NCBI GenBank assembly: GCA_965112735.1
Contig: OZ218952.1
Coordinates: forward strand, 2,790,001 to 2,854,000
Source of the DNA: Phaeosaccion multiseriatum
Lineage: Eukaryota > Protista > Ochrophyta, other classes
Length of the DNA stretch: 64,000 nucleotides
Reading direction: 5' to 3'
Each line of letters opens with the position of its first letter. Within the stretch, counting starts at the first letter, position 1. A program made the position numbers and the translations under genes. The notes beneath the pieces are model-generated. The model saw only the letters and a list, made by a program, of their open reading frames with translations, had not been told where the DNA came from and did no database searches. Positions 33,170-45,045 of the stretch are shown piece by piece.

Positions 33170-35336
33170 ATGGGGGCTCTTGCCAGCAAAGCAGAAGATG
33201 GTGCAAACGGCAGAAAAGTCTCGGTGAGGAGCGGGGTCCCCCTCTTCTCTCTCCACTCTCTCCCTTTCTCTACCTTCTTGTTCTCTCTCTCACCCTCCTC
33301 TCCAGCTCTCTCTCCTCTCTCTCTCAATCTCTCTCGCACAAACACACAAGCACACATTCATAGTGAGAAACAACTCTGCCTACTCCTGCTGCCATTGCTG
33401 CTGCTGCTGATCACCTCTACGGTGCCTCCCTCTCTTCCCACCGCCACCCTCTCCCCCTCCCCCTTGCCCTCCTCCTCTCCCCACCCACTTACCCCCCCCC
33501 TTGCCTGGACTCGAACCCGGTGTGCACACACGTGGGCAGTCAAAGGAGACGCCTAATAAGATAGTGGAGACTCTTTTCCGCACATATGAACCCAAGCCAA
33601 TTATGGAGTGTTGGACCATCTACGCTGAAGACAGAGTGAGTGAGCTGTTCGACAGTCCGTAACTGTAGGACGAGTTTCAGCACACTGTCGCACGTTTACT
33701 GATCTGAAAGGGGGAGAGGGAAGCTTGGTTGGTAGGCCGAGAGACGCATAATGCCATGTGGTTGGCGTGAGTGGCGTAGCGAGAGAGAATGCCTCACCCC
33801 CTTTTCATTCTCTCCCCTTGTCTTTCTTCCTTCTTGAACTGGCTGGGAGAAGAAAAAAACAGTGGACAAGGAGGCCTTTGACGAAATCTTTGGGCTCTTG
33901 ATCGGCGACCCGGACCTCCCCTACGCCCTCTTCAGCGAAAATGCGACAGTCGAGCCCCTCAGGGTTAGTGTAGCGTGAGCGCCGACAGCAGGCATGTGGG
34001 TCGGAGGCATGCCTTCCTCCTTCCCTTCCTTTTTTCCTAATCTTAAAAGCCCCCCCCCCCCCCCTCTCTTCCTCCTCCTCCTTCCTCGGCGGGCGACGAT
34101 GTCTTACCTGCCTGTGCCTTTTGTATGCCCGCTTGCCTCGTGCTTGCACCACCCAGGTCTTTGCCACCCTCGCCCTCCTTTGTAGAACCAACCTCCACAC
34201 AGTCGCCAACCTCATCCTCATCATGTTCGTCTCTGACGGAGGTCCCCTCATCACGGAGCTTGAGCTGCAGACAATGTTCAAAGTCGTCACCAAAGGCGTG
34301 TCTCTCCTCACAGGTTAGCCTCCTCCTCCTCCTCCTCCTCCTCCTCCTCCTCCTCCTCCTCCTCCTCCTCCTCCTCCTCCTCCTCCTCCTCCTCCTCCTC
34401 CTCCTCCTCCTCCTCCTCCTCCTCCTCCTCCTCCTCCTCCTCCTCCTCCTCCTCCTCCTCCTCCTCCTCCTCCTCCCTCCTTGGCCCCCCCCCCTCACCC
34501 CCCCTCCACTCCATCCATACTTGAAACGCATAGGTGGAGTCACCAAGTAACCTAAGATTCACCACCACATCCCGCCCTCAATGAATGCCCCACCCCCCAC
34601 CTTCGCAGGCAAACCCTCTCCCCCCCTCGGGGTTCTGCAGAGCCTAGCCAAAAAGGCCATCGACTCAGGTGCTTATCACCGCTCGTTGGCAGAGGGAGTA
34701 GGAGGAGGGGCGGGGGGAGAGGGAGTAGGAGGAGGGACAGGGGCAGGAGGAGCAATAGGAGGAGGGGAGGGGGGAGCCGGAGAGGATGCTGCAGCTGCTG
34801 CTACCATCGGCGATGCATCTCCCGGCATGAAACGCGCAATGGCTCCGACCGACTTCTGGCACTTCATCAACGACGATGAAATGGTCATGTCCTTCCTCTC
34901 AGCCATTCACCCCACGCCAGCTCAGGTGAGTGGTGGCAGTTCGTGAAGGGTACGAGAAAGAGGGAGGGAGGAAAGGGGGCCGAGGGAGGGGAGGGAGGGG
35001 AGGGAGGGAAGGAGTTTTGAGGAGGTGCGATGTGATACCTTCCGTGGGTAGGTGAACCCCCCCGGCCATCGATCTGTGTCTCTCCGTCTATCTATGCGTC
35101 CATCCCCAGCGATCCACCACTCTGATATTGTCGCCGCTCCCATGGTATTTCTCTCTCATCTTTGCTTTTGTCGCTCTGGGGTGGGAACACCACACACACA
35201 TACACACACGCACATACACACACATACACACACATACACACACAAACGTATGCACCCACACCCACACATACATATACATACATACATACATACATACATA
35301 CATACATACATACATACAAACATACACATACATATA

Positions 35337-35379
<43 letters not shown>

Positions 35380-38300
35380 ACGTACACACATACACACACA
35401 TACACACACATACACACAAACACACATACGCACACGCACACAAACACACACATACGCACACGCACACATGCACACACACATACGCACACGCACACACGCA
35501 CACACACATACACACACGCGCAAGACTCATGGTCGGCACCATAGAGGAGGAGGAGAGCAGGGCGGCTCGCGCGGCGCGAGAGGGAGCCATAAGCCCGAGC
35601 GGCACCGCAGCCGGCACCCCTCCACAGAGAGTGGGAGGAGCGCATCCCGTTACGCCAGCGTGTCATCGCAGTCCACCCAAACGGAAAGAGGAGGAGGGGG
35701 AGGAGGAGGAGGAGGAGGAGGAGGAGGAGTAGGCTTGGGTCTGCATGCCGATCTTCAGCAGCACGTATCAACCCTCGTCGTAAAGCGTGACTTTGTTCTC
35801 GGAGGGGACGTCAACAAGGGGGGATCGGGAGTAGTGGATGGCAATGGTCCGGGGGGAGGAGGGGGAGGACCTGAGGGAGACGGTGTGAGCGAGACCAGCA
35901 GCGTGGCAGCGGCGGCAACAAAGCGAGGACAGCACCAGGAACCGGCTTATGAGATGGAATTTGACGAGCGACCATTTCTGTGGAGAAAGATGTTGTGGGA
36001 GCTAGAGAGGCCCTCCCAATGGACCCGTGTGAGGAAGAAGGCAGCATTGCGCCGGCCTCCCCCGGTTGATCTGGGCACGCTTCGACACGGCACCACCACC
36101 TTCGTCGCCCCCTCCTCCTCCTCCTCCTCCTCCTCCCCCACGGCCGCGCAGCAGGGGCAGGGGGGGCAGGGGAGTCCAATTGGGGGAGGGGGAGCCATAT
36201 CACCAACTGCTCGTCGCAGTGGTGCTAATGGTGGTGGTGGTGGTGGTGGTGGTGGTGGTGGTCCGTCTTGGGGAGCTGTGTTACCAACTTCTCGTCGTAG
36301 TGGTGGCCGTGGTACCTTCGCCGTATCACCAACTGCTGCTGGTGGTGGAGCCGCATCACCTAATTCTCGTCGTAGTGGTGGAGCTGGATCACCAATTCCT
36401 AGTCGTCGTAGTGGCGGGCGTGGTACCTTCGCCGTATCACCAACTGCTGGTCGTGGTCAGGGTGGTGGTCGCAAAGGGAAGAGAAGAATCGATGGTCTGG
36501 CCACGCGCCCAGGAGCAGTCGTGACTACAGCTCTGCCAGGTGGGCGCGTGCGTGGGTGGGTTATGTCAATGAATGCGTGAATTCGTGCGTGGGTGGGTGG
36601 GTGCGTGGTGGTTGGGTGGGTGGTGGGTGCGTGGGTGGGTGGGTGGGTGGTGACTGGATGGGTGGGTGGTGGATGGATGGGTGGGTGGGTGGGCAAGAGT
36701 GAGGAGTGAGACGGGACGGAGGGACGGAGGGACGGAAGGAGCATTCATTGACTTAATAGGAATCACCTGAGGGACGAAGGGACGATGGTGAGCGGCTCTA
36801 CCGGCAGGGATGCTCTTCATCGTCGTTGTAAAGAGAAGCGCGAGTGCTCATCGACCACGCCGATCTGGAGCCTCTTACGCCGTCTTCTCTTTCCTTCATG
36901 CCGACTCTTAGCCGCCAACTTGCCTCTTGCTTGCCTCTTATCTACCTGTCTGCCTGTCTGCCTATCTGCCTCTCTCTCTCTCTCATCTGATCCCCCTCTG
37001 AACAGTGTCCAAGTTGATTCGGCGGTTAGTACAGGACCAGAGGGGAGGCGTCCGTCCTTCGGCTGTGCCGGTCATACACTCGAAGAAGGCCACCGCCGCT
37101 GCTGCTACTGCTGCTTCTGCTGCTGCCGCCGCCGCTGCTGCTGCTGCTGCTGCTGCTGCCAATCCTGGTGCTGGTTCCGAGCGAAAGGCTCAACGGCCAC
37201 AGGGAGCAAGATGGGAAGGGGACAGGGGAGGACAGCGAGGCGGGAAGGGAGGCGGCTCCCCAGGGAGAAATGCTTCCCGGGCAGCCGCCGCTGCCGCCGC
37301 TGCTTCTGCTGCTGCTGCTGCTGCGGCACTACCTGATTTCGCAGGCGGAGTCATTGCCATGGTTGGCTGGCGCGAGGTGTGTGTATGTATATATGGACTT
37401 GGGTTTCTATGTGTGTATACCGACTGACCCGTGAGGACCACCGCTTCTCTCCCAGGTGGCCACTGCCATCGTTCAGTCCGCAAAGAAGGCCTCTCTCTCT
37501 CTCTCTCGAGCGCCGCGGAAGGGAGGCCTAGCAGATGCGAGGAACGATAAAAGAGGTCGAGCGCCGCAAAAACAACAACAGGAACAGCAGTTGGTGATAC
37601 AGCAGCAGCAACAGAGACAGCAAGGCCAACACAGCCCCTCGGGCGAACGCGCGCGACTGGCGATGATGACGGGCAAGAATGCCCTGCCTGTTGGTTCTCC
37701 GTCCCCACCTCCTTTGGCATTGTCACCGTCACCGCCACCTCCACACGACCCTCACGAAAGCATGGTGAACTTGATTGCACGAGAGCTTAGTCAGGAGCTG
37801 AGGTTGAGGCATCTTCTTCACAGAGGGAGGTGGGGGGGGGTGAGGGCCAAGGAGGGGGACAAGGAGAATGGAAACGCGGATGCGGAGAAGATCATAATAC
37901 CGGACGGTAAGCTACACAGTCCACATTCACACTCCTACTGATAACTCTCTCTCTCTGTCTCTCTCTGTCTCTCTCTGTCTCTCTCTCTCTGTGCCTCCTG
38001 AAGAGTTTCTCATTTCTCAGCAAGGGTTCCAAAACTGACACTCACACTGACACGGACACTCTGACACTAGCACTCAAACTGACACACACCAACCCTGACA
38101 CTGGCACTGGCACCCAAATTGACCCTCACACTGAACCCCTCACAATTGATTGATTGCCCGTCCCCCCTCTCTCTGGACCCTCCGAAGAGCTGGACATTGC
38201 TCCTGAGATTTTGGCTTTGCTGCAACGGTTCCGAGCTAACATGATGAGAAATAAAGGAGGAAAGGGCGGGGCGGGGGTAGGGGAAGGGGGGGATGGTATA

Positions 38301-38591
38301 ATCTCCTCCAAAGCCAACGCTTCCACTGTCACTGCTACCACCGCATTTGGTGCGGTGTTGGCCAGAGTGAGACAGCGCAACGCTCGAGCTGCGGCGGGTG
38401 AGTGAGTGGGTGATGGAGGGAGGGAGGGAGGGAGGGAGAGAGAGAGGGCGGGGCGGGGTGGAGTGTGTGAGTGCGTGCGTATACGAGTGAGTGATTGAGT
38501 GAGTGAGTTGTATTATAGAGCGAACTGGCTCGATGGATAGTTGCTACTGACTTTCAGGCGACTATTGTGTGAGTGAGTGAGTGAGTGAATG

Positions 38592-38650
<59 letters not shown>

Positions 38651-39496
38651 GTGAGTGACTGAGCGAGTGAGCTAGTGCGTTCGTTCGTTGTTCCTTCGAT
38701 TGTTCGTGAGTGAGTGATTGAGTGAGTGAGCGAGTGAGTGAGTGCGCGGGTGAGTGAGTGCATTCATTCGTTTGTTCGTGAGTGAGTGAGTGAGGGAGTG
38801 AGGGAGTGAGTGAGTGAATGAGTGGGTGAGTGAATAAGTGATGAGTGAGTGAGCGAGTGAGTTAGTGCGTTCGTTCGTTGTTCCTTCGATTGTTCGTTCG
38901 TGAGTGAGTGAGTGAGTGAGTGAGTGAGTGAGTGAGTGAAGGAGTGATGAGTGAGTGAGTGATGAGTGAGTGAGTGAGTGAGTGAGTGAGTGAGTGAGTG
39001 AGTGAGTGAGTGAACGCGTGCGTGCATAGGTTCCTGAGTGAGTGAGTGAGTGAGTGAGTCGTGCTTATGTGTGTATGTATACAGTGTTGATTGGTCATGC
39101 CCACAAACACATTCCCTCCCGAATCCCCCCCACCGATGGGAAGGAAGGACGAACGAAAATCTCTTGCCCAAGCCTCTGTCCCACCCCACACACCATTGTC
39201 GCCATCTCCCCCACCAATCAGGAAAGGGGAAGAATGGTGGTGCAGATGCCTCTGGAGAGATCCCGTTGTTCTACTCTCCACCTTCCCACCTCCCGCCTCC
39301 GGTGCTGCTCACGGAGGATTTTGCTTTCAACCTTGCTCGGTGCGTTGCCTGCGGAGCCCCTGCGACGGCTGTGTTTTGGCCAAAGAGTACGAATGGAGAG
39401 GGAGATAATGGTGATGATGCTGGTGATGATGGTGCTGATGATGATGTTGATGGCAACAGCAACAGCAGCAACCACAACAACAACACCCACAACAGC

Positions 39497-39551
<55 letters not shown>

Positions 39552-39601
39552 TCATCAACAACAACAACTACAACAACCACAACAACTACAACAACGACGA
39601 C

Positions 39602-39634
<33 letters not shown>

Positions 39635-39662
39635 GACAACAACCACAACAACCACAACAACC

Positions 39663-39699
<37 letters not shown>

Positions 39700-39716
39700 C
39701 CACAACAACAACAACC

Positions 39717-39756
<40 letters not shown>

Positions 39757-42718
39757 CGACGACGACGACGACGGCAAGAGGAACAGGAAGAAGCGCAGGC
39801 TCAATTGGGGCCGCGGTCGCGTGTGTCACGTGTTTGAGAGTGCCTCCTTCGCGAAGGTCCTTGCTTCCAAACTTGTTCTTCTCGGTGGTGCGGAGAAGGT
39901 GAATGTGTATGTATGTGTGTGTGCGTGTGAGTGTGTGTATGTGAGTGTGTATGTGTGTATGTGTATGTGTGGTGTGTGACCTTCGGGGGCAGGAGTGTGT
40001 GTTTCCCACTCACTTACCCACCTACCCACACACCCACTTACCCACCTCCCTACCCACACACCCACTGTTCGCACCCTCCCACCCTCTGCCCTGACACCCA
40101 CCCACCCTCTGTCCTGACACCCACCCACCCTCTGTCCTGACACCCACCCACCCTCTGTCCTGACACCCACCCACCCTCTGTCCTGACACCCCACCCACCC
40201 TCTGTCCTGACACCCACCCACCCTCTGTCCTGACACCCACCCACCCTCTGTCCTGACACCCATCCACCCTCTGTCCTGACACCCACCCACCCTCTGTCCT
40301 GACACCCACCCACCCTCTGTCCTGACACCCCACCCACCCTCTGTCCTGACACCCACCCACCCTCTGTCCTGACACCCACCCACCCTCTGTCCTGACACCC
40401 ATCCACCCTCTGTCCTGACACCCACCCACCCTCTGTCCTGACACCCACCCACCCTCTGTCCTGACACCCCACCCACCCTCTGTCCTGACACCCACCCACC
40501 CTCTATCCTGACACCCACCCACCCTCTGTCCTGATACCCCACCCACCCTCTGTCCTGACACCCACCCACCCTCTGTCCTGACACCCCACCCCCCCTCTGT
40601 CCTGACACCCCACCCCCCCTCTGTCCTGACACCCACCCACCCTCTGTCCTGACACCCACCCACCCTCTGTCCTGACACCCACCCACCCTCTGTCCTGACA
40701 CCCACCCACCCTCTGTCCTGACACCCACCCACCCTCTGTCCTGACACCCACCCTCTGTCCTGACACCCACCCACCCTCTGTCCTGACACCCACCCACCCT
40801 CTGTCCTGACACCCACCCACCCTCTGTCCTGACACCCCACCCACCCTCTGTCCTGACACCCACCCACCCTCTGTCCTGACACCCACCCACCCTCTTTCCT
40901 GATACCCACCCACCCTCTGTCCTGACACCCCACCCACCCTCTGTCCTGACACCCACCCACCCTCTGTCCTGACATCCACCCACCCTCTGTCCTGACACCC
41001 ACCCTCTGTCCTGACACCCACCCACCCTCTATCCTGACACCCACCCACCCTCTGTCCTGACACCCACCCTCTGTCCTGACACCCACCCACCCTCTGTCCT
41101 GACACCCACCCACCCTCTGTCCTGACACCCACCCACCCTCTGTCCTGACACCCCACCCACCCTCTGTCCTGACACCCACCCACCCTCTGTCCTGACACCC
41201 ACCCACCCTCTTTCCTGATACCCACCCACCCTCTGTCCTGACACCCCACCCACCCTCTGTCCTAACACCCACCCACCCTCTGTCCTGACACCCACCCACC
41301 CTCTGTCCTGACACCCACCCTCTGTCCTGACACCCACCCACCCTCTGTCCTGACACCCACCCACCCTCTGTCCTGACACCCACCCCCCCTCTGTCCTGAC
41401 ACCCCACCCACCCTCTGTCCTGACACCCACCCACCCTCTGTCCTGACACCCACCCACCCTCTTTCCTGATACCCACCCACCCTCTGTCCTGACACCCCAC
41501 CCACCCTCTGTCCTGGCACCCACCCATCCACCCCCCGTCCTGACACCCACCCATCCTCTGTCCTGACACGCCTCCTCACAGTTGGCGGTGTATAACCTAC
41601 TGAAGGGCGGTGTGTCTTTGGGCTATACATGCGAGAATACTCCTCCGGACCCAGCAAAGAGGTAGGTAGTAGGCTAGAGGGGAGAGGGAGCGAGAGAGGG
41701 AGGGAGGGAGGGAGGAAGGGAGAGAGCAAGGGACGGAGGGAGGGAGAAAGGGAAGGACGGACGGAGGGAGAGAGGGAGGCAGACTCTTTCGCGTGCGTGG
41801 GGAAAAGCCAGGCATGTGAGCGTCTCTTGGTGTCGTACCTTCTTCCGCTCACAGACTGCTTGGGATCATCTGACTGCTTGACACCATCCGGACATCGTGT
41901 GCTATTCTACTCGCTCCCCCTCTCTCACCCCCTCCCTCCTTCCCTCCCTCCCCCCTCCCCTCCTTCCCTCCCTTCCCCCCCTCTCTTCCTCCCTCCCTCC
42001 CTCCCTCCCTCCAAACCTACCTACTTACCTACCTACCTACCTTCTCCTCTCCCTTCCCGAACAGAGCCGAGAACGGGGCTCAGGCGAAACTCATCAGGAA
42101 GCTGAGGAAGAAAACGCTGACCCGGAGACCTCACACCCTTCCAGGCTCAATGAGCGTATTGAAGGCGCTAAGCAGTATGGTAGAGGCTGAAGTTGACGGA
42201 GCAGCGGTGGTGGACGTGGGGGGAGGCTACGTCGGGGCATTCGTGTTGTCAGACCTGAGCGAGTTGGTTCTACTCGCAGCCATGGTAGGAAGGGAGGGAG
42301 AAGGAGGACGGGGAGGAGGGGGGGCAGGAGGAGGAGGAGCAGGAGGGGGGGGGGCAGGGGGGGGAGGGGGAGGAGGAGAAGTAGGAGGAGAAGGAGCAGC
42401 AGCGGGAGCAGTAGAAGGAGGAGGAGAAGGAGGAGGAAGACATAGGAAGTACATTACCGCTACCGCAGTCCTTGCTGAGGAAGAGCAGACACGAGGCGTT
42501 GATGGATGTGGTGGGCCCCTCCAAGCGGTTGTTGCCCCCTGTGAAGGAGGAGGAGGAGGAGGAGGAGGAGGAGGAGAAGGAGGAGGAGGAGGGGGAGGAG
42601 GAGGAGGAGGAGGAGGAGGAGGAGGAGGAGGAGGAGGAGGAGAAGAAGGAGGAGGAGGAGGAGGAGGAGGAGGAGCAGGAGGAGGAGGGGGAGGAGGAGG
42701 AGGAGGAGGAGGAGGAGG

Positions 42719-42768
<50 letters not shown>

Positions 42769-44686
42769 AAGGAGGAGGAGGAGGAGGAGGAGGAGGAGGA
42801 GGAGGAGGAGGAGGAGGAGGAGGAGGAGGAGGAGGAGGAGGAGGAGGAGGAGGAGGAGGAGGAGGAGGAGGAGGAGGAGGAGGAGGAGGAGGAGGAGGAG
42901 GAGGAGGAGGAGGAGGAGACGGTGGATCCGGCTACGTGAGTTCCGCATACACGGGGTGGTCTGACGGGGGGTCTGGGTACAGTTCACATAGCACGAGTGG
43001 AATACTCCCCGCCCCCATGGAAGGAAACGCAGCAGCCGCAGCTCTCGTAACCGCAGCTGCGAGGAAAGCGCTTCTTGAGGAGCGCACATCGCCGCCACCG
43101 CCGGACCCCTCTCGAGGGAATAACGGAGGCCGCGATCCGTCCCGACTCACATCGAGGTCAAGTGTGAGGTCAAGTGTGCGCATTGGAGGGACAAGGACGG
43201 GGGCAGCGAGTGCAGCTGCTGCAGCGGCTGCGACCGACGGCCGGCGGGATGGTGTGGATGACGGGCGAAATCATGAGTCTTGGGTGGCGGAGGTGCTACC
43301 CAACTTTCTGTCACTCATCCTCACGACCTCGGTGCACCAACTGCTCATGCTGAAGCTGCGAAGGGAGAGGCAGGAAAAGGAGGAGAAAGCAAGGGTGAGC
43401 GAGGAGAGGAGGACGGAAGGAAGCAAGGAAGGAAGGAAGGAAGGAAGGAAAAGGGACAGAGGGGTTGCTCTCTGCTGCCATGCTTCGCAGCCGACTGAGC
43501 TTTCCCCTTCCTCTTTTCCACTCTCCCCCCCCCCCCCCAACATGCCACGACGTCCCCTTTCCCCTCCCTTCCTTCCTCCCTCCCTCCCTTCCTGCCTCCC
43601 TCCCTCCCTCCCTTCCTGCCATCCCTCCCCCCCCCCCTTCCCTCTAGACGATGGCCAAGCGCCGTAAGCAGATATCCAACGCCCTTGCCTTGGCCTTTGC
43701 CCATTCAAGGATGGGAAGGTCCCTCACCTTCGCTGAAGCGCAGGACAGATGGGGCGGGTTTGTGGAGGAGTTTGAGGTGAGTTTGAGTTTCAGTGTCAGT
43801 TCTAGTTTCAGGTTGCGTTGGTCAGATGCAGTTCCAGGTTTTGCAGATGCAGTTTCAGGTTATGCAGATTCAGTTTCAGGTTGCCGTCCCAGGTCCACTT
43901 TCAACTTTTTGTTCCTTGCCAAACATCGTAGCTGTGAGATGAATCATGCTCCATCCCCTCTTTTCATGCCCTCCTTTCACCGCTTCTCTCCCCCCTTCCT
44001 CCTCCACTCCTCACACCCGTCTCTCGTCCCCTCCTCTCCTCTCTCCCTTCCTCTCCCCCTCCCCACCTCCTCCTCCCCTCACACCCGTCTCTCGTGCCCT
44101 CTTCTCTTCCCTCCCTCCCCCTCCTCCTCCCCTCCTCCTCCCCTCCCCTCCTTCCCCCTTCCTGACACCCCTTCTCACCCCCTCCTCACACCCACCTCCT
44201 CACATCCTCCTCGCATACCACCCTCCCTCCCCCTCCCCCCCTCCTCCTCCTTCTCCTCCTCGAACATCCTTCTCTTTCTCCTCCCCTCCTAACCCTCTCC
44301 TCGCATACCACCCTCCTCCTCCTCCTCCTCCCCCTCCTCCTCCTCCTCCTCCTCCCCCTCCTTCTCCTCCTTCTCCACCTCCTCCTCCTCCTCCTCCTCC
44401 TCCTCCTATCCCTCTACAGGTGCACAATAGCGATCAACTGGTGGTGGACGCAGAGAAGGGAGAAATGACCGCTGAGAGCATCGTGGATGTACGAGGCAAC
44501 CCCTCTCAAACCCTTAGAGACACTCGAGCCTGTGTGGACGGCAGAGAGACTTTGGGGTTCGCTGTTGAGCGCATGGCGAGCAGAGGCTTGTCTCGCGTGT
44601 ACGTACTTAATAGGAAGCAGCGCCCCATGGCTGTGGTGCTTCTGTCGGACTTGGCGAGGCTGGCCATGGAGTCGGAGGCCATGTGA
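33170..44686 (+). CDS. N-myristoylated, degenerate EF-hand (calcineurin-B/NCS-like) + CBS-domain protein; ~15 exons
   Basis: Starts MGALASK. EF-hand-like exons [34 protein letters not shown] and [10 protein letters not shown]. Clear CBS units [35 protein letters not shown] and [36 protein letters not shown]. Intervening exons join in phase where I checked them; a two-gene split is not excluded. Confidence 0.65.
34319..34474 (+). repeat. (CCT)n intronic microsatellite
   Basis: Read directly. Confidence 0.9.
35188..35520 (+). repeat. (CA)n/(CATA)n tract at the 3' end of an intron
   Basis: Read directly. Confidence 0.9.
38398..39058 (+). repeat. (GTGA)n-dominated intronic array with (GA)n and (GGGA)n blocks, starting at the donor site
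   Basis: Read directly. Confidence 0.9.
39455..39770 (+). repeat. (AAC)n tract encoding poly-Asn inside an exon of the CBS gene
   Basis: In frame in ORF 39050..39979. Confidence 0.85.
40075..41568 (+). repeat. 23-bp minisatellite (CTCTGTCCTGACACCCACCCACC)n, ~65 copies, inside intron 39899..41581
   Basis: Read directly; flanked by a donor (AAG|gtgaat) and an acceptor (cacag|TTG). Confidence 0.95.
42545..42918 (+). repeat. (GGA)n/(GGAGCA)n tract encoding poly-Gly/Gly-Ala in the CBS gene
   Basis: In frame in ORF 42150..43667. Confidence 0.85.
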
Positions 44687-44741
44687 ATGAAAAGAGCAGT
44701 GCATGGCAGTGGATGGCAGTTGAACTACATAATCATTTTTG

Positions 44742-44972
44742 AACACTCGATTTGCAAAGACGAGAATCGCCCAAATCGCCCGTTTTTGGGGGGGGAAGGG
44801 GGAGTGCTCTCACAGAAATGCTGACAAGTAGGGAAGGGGAAAAGCGATGAAAGCCGAAAGACTATGTGTCGGTAGACATCTCAAAGAGCTACACGAAGAG
44901 CTATAGCGCTTCTCCCAGCGTCATTTTGCGGAGTTCGTGCGATTTGGGCGATTCTTAAGCAAATCGAGTGTT
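44742..44972. mobile_element. Inverted-repeat element (MITE-like or 3'UTR hairpin)
   Basis: aacactcgatttgc..agaatcgcccaaatcgc (44742-44779) is the reverse complement of 44939-44972 (14- and 17-bp perfect blocks). No clear TSD. Confidence 0.55.
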
Positions 44973-45045
44973 AAAAAATTAGTAGAAAACAAATGATTCT
45001 TCCTGCTGTGGACGTGAGGGATACTTTTCACCACATGCTGAGACA

